A DNA stretch of 64,000 nucleotides from Salpingoeca rosetta (GCA_033442325.1 JAWQFM010000013.1:506929-570928), one strand, 5' to 3'; shown: positions 1-26,389, numbered from the stretch's first letter. Program-made: numbers and translations. Notes: a model not told the origin generated them from the sequence alone.

Positions 1-8
1 CGTCGTCG

Positions 9-111
<103 letters not shown>

Positions 112-206
112 TACGCATACGCACACACGCATATGTACACGCATAGTGCTCACTTGCTCACCCTCGGCCCGCCCCCTTTGCAATGATATGCTGCCTCGTG
201 GTGCAG

Positions 207-297
207 GTCAACTACTTGGAGCAGCTCTCGGCTGCCGGTTGGTTGACAACAGAAGACAAATCCGCAATTGTGACCCCACTTCAGGTATTCTCTCTTC

Positions 298-329
<32 letters not shown>

Positions 330-1002
330 AACACACACACACTCTCTCTCTCTCTTTCTCTGTGCGCGTGTGTACTGGCATGTCATAGACACATCACCCT
401 CCCAACGGTAGCTTGTCGCATCAGTGCTGCTCTGTCCCGATCTGCGCAAGACGCGCACCAGTCTGCGACACCATCAACACCACACACCACCCCCCACCCC
501 CGCAGCACGACAACCATGACACACACACGCGCGCACTAACGCCTCTCTGTGTGCCGTTTGCTTTGGATCTTGCGTGACGACAGCGCGTGGTATCATTTCA
601 GCAGGAGCTGGTGCGACAGCTTGACTCCAAAATACAGATCACCAGCTACGCAGAGGCCTGTCCTGTGTCTGTTGTCCTGCTGTCTTTTGCATTTGAGGTG
701 CGCAAGACGGTTTCATCATAACTTGCCCTGTGCTCCTACTTGAGTGCCTTTACCAACCAATGCAGCAGTCACAGACTGCAACTCCACACCTTTCCACTTG
801 CATTCGTTCTTGTCGAACTGCACGCATACTCACACAGTGCTGCCGTCTTCACGGGCCATGATCACAACTAGATTTTGGATGTGTACACGACATATACTTG
901 CAAGCTTCCAGCTGCTGTACACCGCTGTCAAGGTGCGTATGTTGCAAGACGGTGTGCTTGTGTTTTTGTCTCTTTGTCTCTGTGTGTTTGTGTCTTTGTC
1001 TC

Positions 1003-1038
<36 letters not shown>

Positions 1039-1348
1039 TGTGTGTGTCTACGTGTATGTGACAAGCCTTCTGCCCAGTCATTCGTCTTGCGAACCAATGC
1101 TGGATTGCTGCGTTTCTCAACAATCACAACCTGCCCCTGCTTCGTTGCATTTGCGGCACTCCTGTGTGCTGCGCGGTTTCATGGCTACAGAGTTGTTTTC
1201 CACGAATCACCACTACCGTACATGGTTGAGCCAGTCAGCCCCGCTCGTGTCCTTGCCAGATATCCTGCGCCGTCCACTCAACCATGCGCAGTCATACATG
1301 TACGTGCGCGCACATGCTGTGGGCATATTTGCGGGTGAGAGTGCGTGC

Positions 1349-1404
<56 letters not shown>

Positions 1405-2395
1405 AGACAAGAGAACGCGTGAGAATGCGTGTGTACACGTGTGTGTGTGTGATTGTGGATATATGTGTGGTTGTGCATTGGTATTAAGACTTTTATATGT
1501 GTGAGTGACTGCCTATGCGTGAGTTGTGTGCGCCCGTACGTCTGCATCGTTTATTCGCGTGCACCTGCGACCAACGCAATTGCCTGCTTGATACTGGGTT
1601 GCAGAAGTGCGTTTGAAGCCATAGGACGGCGGGTGCCTGCCACACACCCCGCGGCAGCCCAGGTTTCGGTGCGTCGTTGGTCCACACGTGTGTGTGTGTG
1701 TGCGCGCGCGTGTGTGTGTGTCTCCAAAAGAAAAGGAAACAATCGAGCATGTGCTCACACACGCACGTATGCCCATGCACAATCAATCACACACTCATGC
1801 TCTCATATACACGCACACCCATGCACATTCCTCCGCCGTCATTGTTCCTCACGTGCCACCCTTGGGTGTCAGAAATGCGCATCGTTTCTGCGCCACCTCT
1901 CCGCTGTTGTCGACACCATCGACTACGTGAAGGCGGGGGAGCTCGGGATGAAGACTGCACACATCAACGCCTGGAGAGGACCGGTATGTGCACCAGGGAG
2001 AAACGTGGCTGTGCATGTGGCTGTGAATGTAGACGTGATACTGCGGATTTGCGCAATAAGGCAACATTGTACATTTGCACACCAGAACAATCCAATTGCA
2101 TGGGTCTAGCAGCACCTGCTGTCATTGCGATGGTGGTTTTCCATCCGCAACACACACCACCTCAACTCACCCGCATGTGTCAATGGCCCATCGTGTATTG
2201 AATTATTGTTTCGCTTGCTTTGTTGCTGTTTTCGTGCACGTCAAAATCAGACCATGGATCAATGTGGACCATTGCTGCTTACCTGCAAAGTCAAGACGAT
2301 GGTGCGGGTGTGTAGACGTTCCGCTTGTGAGCTCATGTTGTACTGCGATTGCCATTGGCGGTTTGCTGCCGCATTCCTGCTGCAGACCTGCTGTT

Positions 2396-2491
<96 letters not shown>

Positions 2492-3946
2492 CTTGCGTGC
2501 TGTGTGCAGTTTTGTTTGTGTTCCATTCCAATTTGATTCATTTGTTTTTGTGTTGTGTTGGCTGCGTGTAATCCGCTGTGCGTGCGGGGGCGAGTTGAGT
2601 GGCGCTGTTGCTCAACTGTGATATGCATGCTGGCAACTGCGTGTCTTGTACGATGGTAACTGACTTGCAGAGTGCGGCTCGGTCTGACTCGGCGCAACAA
2701 CCAGCGACGCACTTGCTGCTGCTGTTTGCGCAACGTCTCATCCTCATTTCAGTATCCAGTGTAGCCCACGTACGTGCGAAGGTGTCATGACACGAGTGCG
2801 TTCCTTCCTTGCATGGTGGTGTTCCTGTGTTCGTGTTTTCTGTTTGGTCCCGCACCGGTCGTTTGATTTTGCCTTTGTTTTGCCTCTCTTCCCACCCCCC
2901 TTTTATTTTTGTTTGTTTGTTTGTTTGTTGTTTCTGTTTTTTGTTTTGTTTTCGGGTCTGTTTGCTCTGCTTTGGTTTTGTGCTGTGTTACAGTTTTGTA
3001 TCCTCTCATGTCGAATCGTATGTGCACATGCGACGGGGGTGGCTGTAGGGCGACAATGTGTCCAGGCAGTACAGCCTGGAGCGAACCATCGCACTCCACT
3101 CGCAACAGGTGTGCTGTAGTGAGCTCAGCCTTCTTGACCATGGGACGTGTACATGGCTCCCCCCCCCCGAGCTGTGATCAGGCTTGACATTTCCATCCTC
3201 TCACACTGTTCCTGCAAATGCAATCGAGCATCCAGCTGTCATGTGCATCTGCACACGCACACGCACAGACTTCCTCACTCGCACACGCTTATCCACACCC
3301 TCTCTTATTCACCCACGCTCTATCTCACGCGTACACGCGCGCACGCACGCGCTCACGCCATTATGCCAGGGACCAGCCCTGCGTCGCGCCGAAGTTGAGA
3401 CTGGGTTGCTTCTTCGAGGAGAGGCCGCTGCCGAGCAGCCCCTCCTGCTACTCTTCCCGTCCAGACAGGACGCAGAGCAGTGGCTCGACGCCGTCACCAT
3501 GAACCACATGGACAGGTGAGCGTTGCACGACATGACGCTTCAACCAACAACTCGGCCCCCCCCCCTCCCGAGGAACATGACGGGTGCCTGCCTGCTGTGC
3601 GTGGCCAGCCAAAACAAGAACAAAACCAGAACAAAAGCGCAACATGGCATGCATTCTACCAGGCCTGGTTGGAAGGGAGCGGATTTGCTCGCCTTCACGT
3701 GCTCAACTTCACAGGCTTGTCAATCCTTGTTTGTGAATGTGTGCGTGTGTGTACGAATTTACTTGTTTGTAGGACCGAGACGGGTGCAGATGCACCAGCA
3801 TGGCCAGCGTCGTTCGTTCCACTCGGGGTTCATGCAGAGGACATTGTTGCAGTTCACGAGGTCGGACACACGCACACACACACACACACACACTCTCTCT
3901 CCTCCCCCCCCCTCCCATTCACTCACTCACACACACACTCTCTCAT

Positions 3947-3980
<34 letters not shown>

Positions 3981-4958
3981 TCTCTCTCTCTGAGGTTGTA
4001 CCTGTGTGTCATACATGTGAACTTGGTTGCTGGGGTTCAATTGAGTTTGTTGAGTTCTTACAATTCACACAACTTGGCGTCCGTCCTCCCGCACTCGATA
4101 CATCTCCTTCTGTTCTTCCTTCTATTCTCTTAAGGCCTCGGAGTTAGATGGTAGGCAGCATCAGCCGGACAGCACAGGTGCGCCAATGCACTCACTTGTT
4201 GTTGTTGTTTTTTTTTTTTGTATCTCATCTCGTTCCTTTTTCATACAACACCTTCGCAGTCACGTTAGCTGCGTGCTCGGGTTGTGTCATGCTTTACGAC
4301 ACTCTCGTGTCCCGCGCAGCGACGCTTGACTCGGCTCGTGTCGCTCTGCTCTTCTGCACGATTTCTCGTGAAATTGTTTCTTGCCGCTGTACTCACCCAC
4401 ATGCCCGTTGTGTTCCGCACTCGTTCAGAAACGGACGGCTTGCAGGAATTTGAAGTCGTCTCTTCGTATCTCGGATCAAGGCGTAAGTTCGGCTCCCTTG
4501 GGCATGTCGTGATGTTTCGAGTGTTTGACCTGCTCTGTATGACAAGCGAGCTTGCAAAGATTCCCGCCTCACTTCTCTGTTTTGCTGATTGATTCTTTGC
4601 ATGCGCGCGTGCTGTCCTACCATGCTCGATCTTGTCGATCGAACCTCGTTCGTGTTCCTCGCATCGTGTTTATTTGTCACGCAGATACGACGCGGCCCCT
4701 TAATGCCAAGACGTCATGATCTCCACGTCGGCATCACTCGTCACTCAAATTGCAACCTGGTCCTGTCGTTCTGTCTGTCTTTGAGCGCCTGTCTATTCGT
4801 CTCACTCTCCCCCTCCCTCCCTTTCTCTGTCTCTGCCCCCCCCCCCCATGACACACACACGCGCGTGCACACACACGCACACACACGCACACGCACACAC
4901 ACCCCCCTCTCTTCGAGAAGTTGTGTCGTTCGAGAACGGGTACATCTCCATTAAGTAA
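207..4958 (+). CDS. Divergent DH-PH (Dbl-family RhoGEF-like) protein, multi-exon, 5' end outside window; 3' end uncertain
   Basis: Spliced exons read [26 protein letters not shown] / [16 protein letters not shown] / [25 protein letters not shown] / [18 protein letters not shown] / [19 protein letters not shown] / [10 protein letters not shown] / [14 protein letters not shown] / [17 protein letters not shown]. These follow the order and pattern of DH motifs (LxxLLIxPVQRxxRY, LLKxTPxxHPD, INExKR..GWxG) and PH motifs (LFLF..LL, terminal W helix). Last exon ([18 protein letters not shown] near 5011) is tentative. Confidence 0.6.
2396..2490. repeat. (GTT)n trinucleotide microsatellite, intronic
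   Basis: About 30 perfect GTT units. Confidence 0.95.
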
Positions 4959-6194
4959 CCAATGTAAGTAAGCAGCGTCGCATAATGCGGTAGTAGCAAT
5001 GACAGCAACGAATAAATAAGTCGACGCAAGCAAAGCGCCACGAGATGAGCATCGACATGACACAAACGCGCGCGCGGGGGTTGAGGAGGGTTGGATAAGC
5101 TTCCGTGCGTGACACGACTGAGTCACAACCAGACATGGTTCCCCTGGCCCTGGGGGGGGAGATGTCTGTTTGTTTGTTTGTTTGTTCGGAAGGCTGGAAG
5201 GGAGGAAGGGACGATGGTGCTAGAGTGCCGCTCCACATTCGTCTACTCTACTCGTGGTGATGGTGGTGGGGTGTGTGTGTGTGTGTGTGATCTGCGTCGT
5301 TAGGGGCAGAAGCTGCAGTGGTCTGGTAAGCAGGCGCGTTTGTTAACAACACTCGACGCGGACAGTGAACCTTGCAATTACCCCGACAACCCTCGTCCTC
5401 GTGGTGCAAGGGTACCGCTACCAGGACTGCTCTTAGCGAGCGTACACCGAGACCCCTTCTTTAAGTCTTTAGCCTTCTTCTACATACACCCTCTCCGCCG
5501 AGCTGACAACTCCAACACGTTTGCCTCACTCAGTCATACGACTTTTCACACTGTCCTCTTGAACGTTACACAGAGTGAGCTGGTACCTTTTTTGTTTTTT
5601 ATTTTGAGTGCTGTGACTGTATGACGACAGCCTTGCGTGCGCTGTTGTTCTTGTAGCATCACGCGGGCACTCGCTTGTGCGTGTGCTCTGTCGACGTGTA
5701 CGCGGAGGCGTGGTAACACTCGGCACAAATCCGGCATTTCCCACACAAAATTATCGCGCGGGAAGCACAAGCAACAAGGGGTGCGTGCAAGTGCAACAAC
5801 CAACACAAGGGCCGGACAAGGCGGAGCGAAAAAGCGCGAAAAACGAAAGCCAACACACGCACACACATCATCATCAACGCACGACTCACAACCAACCAAC
5901 CAATCGACAAGCAATCCCTCCTTCCCTCGCTCGCGTTCCGGCAAGGCACGAGGTGCGATGCTCTGCGGTGCGTGTCGTGCTGTTGTGGGGGGGGGGGGGT
6001 GGCGGCGGTCGACGTGTCGCCACATAAGCGTGGCGCTCAGTGGAAGCGGACAGCAACAGCTTGAGCTGCTGAACCGGCTCTCTCACCCAACCCACCGCTC
6101 TCACTCACTCACTCTCTTGCACGTGGCTTTCCCTCACACCACACCTGTGTGGCGTACATCTGTGCACCATCACTGCCATTATCATTGCCGTCAG

Positions 6195-15768
<9,574 letters not shown>

Positions 15769-16560
15769 AACGCAGCCGTGGCGTGTCATTCTGCGTGGGT
15801 ACCAGGGATGATGGGTGGAGCATGTTCTAAATTTAAGCGTTTTTTTTTTTCGTTTCGTTTCGCGCAAGCGCGGGTGAGTCGGTCTTGGCGACGACAGAAC
15901 AGCGTTGTTGGCCTTGTTGTGCAGGAGATGCTTCCTATTTCTGAGCTGGTGTGTGTGTGGGTTTTTGAACAGTGTGGTTGTGATGTTGTTATTCCACCAA
16001 CATCAGCAGCCCCTCCTAGGGTCGTACGTATTGTTGATTTGCCCTCTTTTCAACGTTCATTTACATTATATTTGAGCATAGGTGGACCCTCTATTGTGCT
16101 TGTTCCTTGCGTGGTGCTGTTGTTTCCTTCGTTCATCATGCGTGTGTGAAATGATGTGACATGACATAAATGTTTGTGGTTTGGGGACGCGGCTCTGTAT
16201 CTTGCGTGTGTGTGTGTGTGAGTTGGGTGCTGGACATCGTTTCCCTTGTGTCTTCTTTGTTTTTGATTTCGGTTGTCGATTGCATATCAGTTTATTGGTG
16301 ACAACAACATGTAACAGCAGGTACACTTACATGCAAACCCGCCTCGTGTGTCAACAACGTCAGAGTCACATTGGTTGGTTGGTTGGTTGGTTGGTTGGTT
16401 GGTGTAGCAGGTAATAAATTTGTGCTGTCGTCTTCAGAAGAACGCGGGAAACCTGAATTCAGTTTCGACACAGTCAGCAAAAGGAAGACAGGAGCAACAA
16501 GTGATCTGATCTGCGGTTGCTGCCCCTTCCCTTCCTCCTCCCTCACCCTCTCCCCCCGTC

Positions 16561-18158
16561 ATGTTGTGGCGTCTGATCGAGTTCCTTCTGCTGGCAGAGG
16601 TGGCCACGGTCATCCTGCTGTGCATCCCGCTTCCAATGTGGCGCAAGCTGGTCCTCAAGTACGTGTGTTCGTGTGCGGCTGCACTTGCGCTTGCGCTCGT
16701 AGGCTCGTTGTTTTGTCATCAGCAAACTTGTTTGTTTGAAGGTTTGTTTGTGATGGCTTGCTGGTGTTCACATGCTCCCTGTCTGTGTGCTTTGCTGCAG
16801 GTGCCTGCCTCTGTTCCGCAATCCTAATTTGCGGAAGGTGAGTTGTTTGTTTCGTGCGTGCTTTTTGTTGATGACTGTGGGTGTTGCTGTTCACATCACT
16901 GAAGACGAGACAAGCCATGCTGTGTCATGAAGTGACGCCACGGATTACGTCGTTGTCCTCACGACTGTGGTTTGTGTGCATGTGTGTGTTGTGGTGTAAA
17001 TGTGTGTGTGTGTGTATGCGTGTATGTGTGCGCGTGTTCATGTGTGCGCGTGCGTGTGCATGTGTGTGTGTGTGGTTGTTCTACCAGGCCATCATGGCGA
17101 CCCAGTTTTTGTGCGGCGTGCTGTTCTTGGATGCCCTCATCGGCGTTTACCGACCAAAGCACCAATACTTTCCCGATCGCCGTCAAGCTGCCGTTCACGA
17201 TGAGCACCACCATATGGTACCGGAATGTGCGCATGCTTGCGTGTGTGGTCATACGTATGTGTGTATGTGTCTTGTTGTGTGCGCGTACGTGTGTGCGTGT
17301 GCGTGTGTGTGTGTGTATGTGTTCATGTGTATACGAATTTGTATATATGTGTATGTAGGTGTGTGCATGCTTTCGTGTGTGTGTGGGTGTGTGTATTTGT
17401 GTGCAGGCCGTGGTGGTGACCTCGTGTACTTTGCTTGCTTGCTTGCTTGTTGTTGTTGCTTTCAGGTCCGCAAGTTTCGCGCTGAGCGCAACATCCACAT
17501 CTCGGGCTTCTGCCTGCTCTTGCTCTTCCTCATCAACAGGCTGATGGCGTAAGCTTCTTCGCGACGTTGCTTTTAGTGCAATGAATGCTGGCGTGTGAGA
17601 GTCTTCCACTGTACATGTCCCGCAGCTACATGTGTTGGAACCTTTTTGCATGTTGCAAGAATGGTTCTTTGGCTGTCATGTCCACATGCGGCTGGTGTGT
17701 CCATATAGCATGCGTGTGAGCATGTGCATGTGTGGTGACTGTGTCTGCTGTTCTCATACCTGAATGGAATTGGTTTGGTTGCACAGGTTCATCCTTGAGC
17801 TTGAGGAGACGCACAAGAAGCTCAACATCAAGACTGTGCGTCTGCGCGCGTGGCTGTGTGTGTGTAGGGAGCAAGGGGTTTCGAGACAGTTGGGGTGTTG
17901 TGAGGCTCAGCGCGGGGAGTGTTCGGTGGCTTGAATTATGTTCGGGTGTTGAACTCATCCATGCTTGCAAGCACTGTGTTGTTTCGTGCCATGCAGGAGC
18001 AAGTGCAGCTCCTGAGCGACCAGCTTGAGGCACGTGCTGCAGCCACAGCTGAGGAGCGCGCCCACCGTGCACACGAGCGCCAGCCCACCTCAGGCGCACG
18101 CGACAGCGGCAGCAACGTCCGTCGCCGCGCTGTGGCTGCCACCACCGCCGAGGAGTGA
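16561..18158 (+). CDS. BCAP31: BAP31/BAP29 (B-cell receptor-associated protein 31)-like ER membrane protein
   Basis: Exons give MLWRLIEFLLLAEVATVILLCIPLP, GVLFLDAL, RKFRAERNIHISGFCLLLLFLINRLM (family motif KLFRAQRNxYIxGF) and then a short coiled coil; stop at 18158. Confidence 0.85.
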
Positions 18159-18194
18159 GATAGAGAGAGAGTGTGTGTGTGTGTGTGTGCACCA

Positions 18195-18237
<43 letters not shown>

Positions 18238-18755
18238 GGTGGTGGTGCAACTGTGACTGACTTCATCGGTGAGCTGTGACGAAACAGGCGGCCTGCAGCG
18301 TGTCGTGGTGGCGATGTTGTGCTGTGTGACCGACCCCTTGCTAGTGTGTGTTGTGCTGTGATACGTGATGTCAACTGACGAGTCTTCACTTCGCGTGCAC
18401 CCTTGCACCGCGTTTTGGAGGTCCCTTTTTCTCGTCGTTGCCGTGGTCGTTATTGTTGCTATTGTTGTTGTTTCGACAGTGTGGCCCAATGTGCGCGTTC
18501 ATCCACAAAACAAACTGTTACCCTTTTACAACTCCCCCCACAGAGACACTCTGTGTAAAGCAAAGCGCACAGCCAAACGAGCTCACACTGATGAACATAC
18601 ACTCTGGCACACGCATACAAACACACTGATGAACATATACTCTGGCACACACACACACACACTCATGAACACTCATGAACATACACGCTTACAAACGCTC
18701 TCTCACACACACACGCACGCACACAGAGCGCGTTTCAGCGCCAAAATGGCGATCA

Positions 18756-21886
<3,131 letters not shown>

Positions 21887-22015
21887 CCTCGTCGTTTTGC
21901 TGGGTGCAGAAGATGTTGTGAGAGACGTAGTGGTGGTGGGAGTCCTTCCGTGTGGCTGGCTGCTCTTCGTCGTCAACAGCGAATGTTTTCGGAAGATGTT
22001 GGTTATTTTTCTACA
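21887..22015. promoter_or_regulatory. Compact bidirectional promoter / overlapping 5' region between LRRC34 (-) and TMEM222 (+)
   Basis: Divergent start codons are only ~130 bp apart (under 100 bp if ATG 21983 is used). Confidence 0.6.
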
Positions 22016-23631
22016 ATGATGACGGCAACAGGGAGCAGACGAGACGACGACGACGCCACAGAGCAGCTCGTGACTTCAAACACTAACACCACGACCACCG
22101 TCATGGTTTCAGAGAGCAGCAGGAGTGGGAGTCGGGGCAGCGGCAGTATAGGCGGCGTCATCGCTGGCCAGATTGATGCGTCGCGCAACCGCTTTCCATT
22201 TTGCGTTGTCTGGACCCCTCTTCCCCTCATTTCGTAAGTTGTGAGTGCTTGTGTGCTTGTGTGTGTATGCATGGGTGCTTGTGTGCTTGTGTGTGTATGC
22301 ATGAGTGCTTGTGTGCTTGTGTGTGTATGCATGGGTGCTTGTGTGTGTATGCTTGTGTGATTGTGCATATGTATGTGCTTGAAAGGAGGTGCTCACCCGT
22401 GTGCATGTGCACATCTCTGCCTGCCTGCCTGCCTGTCTGTTCTGCAACAGATGGATCTTGCCGTTCATTGGGCATGTTGGCATTGCGTCGTCGAACGGCG
22501 TTATCTACGACTTTGCTGGCCCATACTTTGTCTCGGTACAACGCAACAAAGACATGCGCAATGCTTGGTTGAGTGTGGGTGCGTGTGCTTTCACACATGA
22601 CGTGGTCATTGCTTGGCGGTGCGCATGTAATGCGTTTCAAGGGCGCTCTTCGCTCATCTCCACGTGCCTTGCCTGCCTGCTTGCTTTTGCAGGTCGACAA
22701 CATGGCATTTGGCAGGCCTACAAAGTACATAACAGCTGTCACTGAAAACGAGTGTGCACTTTGTGTGGCGACCCGCCTTTGTTTTCATGGCAGCCGTACC
22801 TTCTCCACAGCTGTACACACATTGACACACACATTGACACACACACACACACATACATTGACACACATACACACACGCGCGCGCATGGTTGACGTTTCCA
22901 AGGTACTGGCAGCTCGACCCGAAGCGGGCATCGTCAGACTGGGACTCTGCTGTCATCAGCGGCTCTGAGGAGTACAGAAAGCACATGGTAAGTGCAAGCA
23001 ATGCCTGATCACTTGGTTGCTTGCTTGTTTCGCGATTCATATCAACAGTCAGTGTACCGTGCTGCATCGCACCACGTCAACTCAACAGCTGTTTTGCTCG
23101 TGCATGTGCGCGCATGTATCGTTGACGCTTCTGCTGTCATCGTTGATGTCGTCGTTGCCTTTGCTGATGCTGATGCTGTTGCTCTTGTTTTGTTGTCAGC
23201 ACAACTTGTTCTGTGACAACTGCCACAGTCACGTGGCGTTGTGCCTGAACAACATGGCCTATGGAGGCAAGCGCAACTGGACCATGGTCTCTGTTGCCTT
23301 GCATCTCGTCTTGCACTCACACTATGTCAGGTATGACTTGCGTGCGCGTGCGCGTGTGTGCGTGTGTGCGTGTGTGCGTGTGTGCGTGTGTGCGTGTGTG
23401 CGTGTGTGTGTGCATGTGTGTGAACGTGGACGCGTGCACGTCGTTGTGTGAATGTACTCTTTGTGTGCAACTGTGTATGTTGAGTTGTGCATCCGATGTT
23501 GACGTGTGACAAGACTAACGCCATGTACCTCCGGTTGTTGTTGCGTTTACAGCTTTGGGCGGTTCCTCTTGACGTATCTGCCGTTCCTCGTCATCGTCAC
23601 CATGGTTGTCCTGTTGGTCCTCTTCGCATGA
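22016..23631 (+). CDS. TMEM222: TMEM222 / RTE1-like membrane protein
   Basis: [66 protein letters not shown] are the hallmark family motifs; GT-AG exons are in phase. An in-frame upstream ATG exists at 21983. Confidence 0.92.
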
Positions 23632-24099
23632 GCACACGCACACACACACACACATACACACACACATACACATACACACGGCGGCGCTGTCATCCCCACA
23701 TGCGGGCTTGCTTGCATGGCAGCTTGCCATTGCGCTGTGTCCATCCCTCCTTTGGTCATGGACTTTCCTTCTTTCCTTCGCTTCCTTCTTCCTTCCCTCA
23801 GTTACACCCTTATGTTAACGCCCCACGCTCTTGCACAAGGTGCTTCCCTCTCCGTCTCTGCCCTGTCTCCCATGCCTTGTACACATGCATGCGCACGCAC
23901 TCGCACTCGCACATGCCCACGCCCACAAGAGAGAGTGGCATTCACACAGTGTCAGCGCACGAACAACCAAAGAAAAAAAAAGTTGGGAGGACTGAGGGAC
24001 TCAGCGTCCAGCGGTCGCAGGTGTTTGTGTGTGTGCGCGCGTGTGTGTGTCCGCCACAAGCAATCGTCCGAGCGAACGACGAAGAAGCAAGGGCGAGGC

Positions 24100-24278
24100 A
24101 TGCACGACGAACCTGTGAGCAGGGCCAGTGGCCACGGAAGGCGGGCGGTTGAGGACGACGATAGCGGAAGCGACGTGGAGCTGGAGCTGGAGACGTCTGC
24201 GGCACACGAGGTGAGCACTTGCTCAACGCTTGGAGGCCTGGTGCACGCGGCATGCACACATGCCTCATCTCACACATA

Positions 24279-24364
<86 letters not shown>

Positions 24365-24658
24365 GTAGATAGATAACCGGTTCTTTTCTGACAACGAGAA
24401 CCGCAGCGATATTCGGAGTTAACAAGGAAGACTTTACAGCAGCTATCACAACACCCTTCAGGCCCACGCTACGCAGACGGCGTGTCTTAATGGAATCCGG
24501 CGTTTTCTATCCGCTCGGAGTTCCACCCGTTTCGGACTTCTCGCGGGAATGTGTCGAGTTCGGGACGCACGTGCAATTATGTTAGATTGGGTCACCCTTG
24601 ACCTGGTCCACTTATCAGAGCGCGTGTACGGCAAAGGAATACGTCCACACTCTATGGG

Positions 24659-24697
<39 letters not shown>

Positions 24698-24853
24698 CGT
24701 GTGCGTTGTTTTAGGCGTGGGCGACAGATAGACTGACCCCTGTTGTGGCAAGGCTATGTCACGAGGCTGAGATCTTAGCACACGACAATGTCACCATCCG
24801 TTCAACCCCCATGTCACTGGTGCGTGATCATCACAGTTGTGCTGTGCTCTGTG

Positions 24854-24910
<57 letters not shown>

Positions 24911-26147
24911 TGTGATGCACACACTGTGCCTGTGATACTGTGGACTGCATTGCGGTTGTTGCAAACCAACGTGCGCTGTGTGTGGCTTGTTTGCTTTCAG
25001 CTCCGACTCGTAGGCTGTGTCCAAGATATCGTCAGCGTGGCCATGTTTGTAAGTGGGCCGCTCATGCGTGCACACGAATTGTGAGCTGCCGACACGCACG
25101 TGCGCAAAGTAGCAATGCAACCTGCAACACCAACCCACCCTGTGCACACCGTCACAGCAGCACATCCCGGCCTCCCTGCCCCACGCCTTGCTGCTATCCT
25201 GTGCTTGTCGTTTGTTGTCTTCGACAGACTATGATGGATGTGGCGGACCACACAGGCGTCATCTCTTGTCGATCGTGGAGGCCGTTGCCATCCCTCCAAG
25301 GGTGAGCGAGAGCGCATGCGTAGTGTCCATCTGTTCACGTCTGAGCGCCCTGCTCACCTGCACTTCAATGTGCCCGCGTCCATCACCATTTCACACACAC
25401 ACACACTATACAACAGTGCATATGTGTGTATCGTTGGGCGCATCGTGGGCAACGCAGATACGCGGATATTCGACCTCCAGCACGTGGCTCCCGTCACGGA
25501 TTTTAATCAGGTCAACTAGATGTGTGGACATGTGTGTATGCGTGTATGCATGTATGCGTGTATGCGTGTGTTCTTACATGACTTTCAACTGGCGCACTTT
25601 GCAGATTACATACCACCTGCTATCAACTGTCTTCGTGTGGAAGGCCCTGGTAAGCGCGTCTTGTTTCGGCAAAGCACACGCACACACACACACATACACA
25701 CACACATACATTCACACACACATTCACACACACATTCACACATTCACACACACATTCACACATTCACACACACACACACACAACACACACACACACTCTC
25801 TCTCGCACCTCGCTCCAGAGCAAGGGGAGCAAGCTTCGCTACTCGCTGCTTGGATCGCGACGGAATGACATGCGTGCAGACGCGCCATTGTCGCACTGCC
25901 CATCAACGATTACAGCGTCGTTGACAGCACCGCCAGCGGGTGCAGAGGGTGGTGGCGGCGACAAGGCACATGAGTGTGATTTCACTTTGCATCGGGGCTT
26001 GTTGGATGGCTCGAGTGGACATGGGGTAGCTGATCGTGATGACGGCGGTGATGATTGGGATGGTGGTGGTAACGGCGAGGAGGACGCACGGAGACACGAT
26101 GTGGCAGAGCATCGAGGCCAAGGCCCTCCACACGAGCACCAACGCCT

Positions 26148-26189
<42 letters not shown>

Positions 26190-26317
26190 GGAACCACGAC
26201 ATCGCCCACTCCCGTTTCTCCATCGCACAGTTGTCGGTGTTCTCACTGGGAGCGGTTCGCCCATGACAACGGCCCAAGTGATGCATCAGCTCACCGGCAC
26301 CGCCCTCCAGGAAGAGG

Positions 26318-26389
<72 letters not shown>

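Noticed and set aside
5303-5345. tRNA-Sec-like words CAGTGGTCTGG...GCAGGC
   Set aside because: No TCA anticodon arm, T-arm or acceptor stem.
5429-5441. Telomerase RNA P6.1-like hairpin (4 bp stem, UUAGC loop)
   Set aside because: No CTAACCCT-type template nearby, so it is not called as telomerase RNA.
16442-16452. E2F-like CGCGGGAAA upstream of the BAP31-like gene (similar words near 5833 and 35411)
   Set aside because: Short motifs expected by chance in GC-rich DNA; no supporting context.
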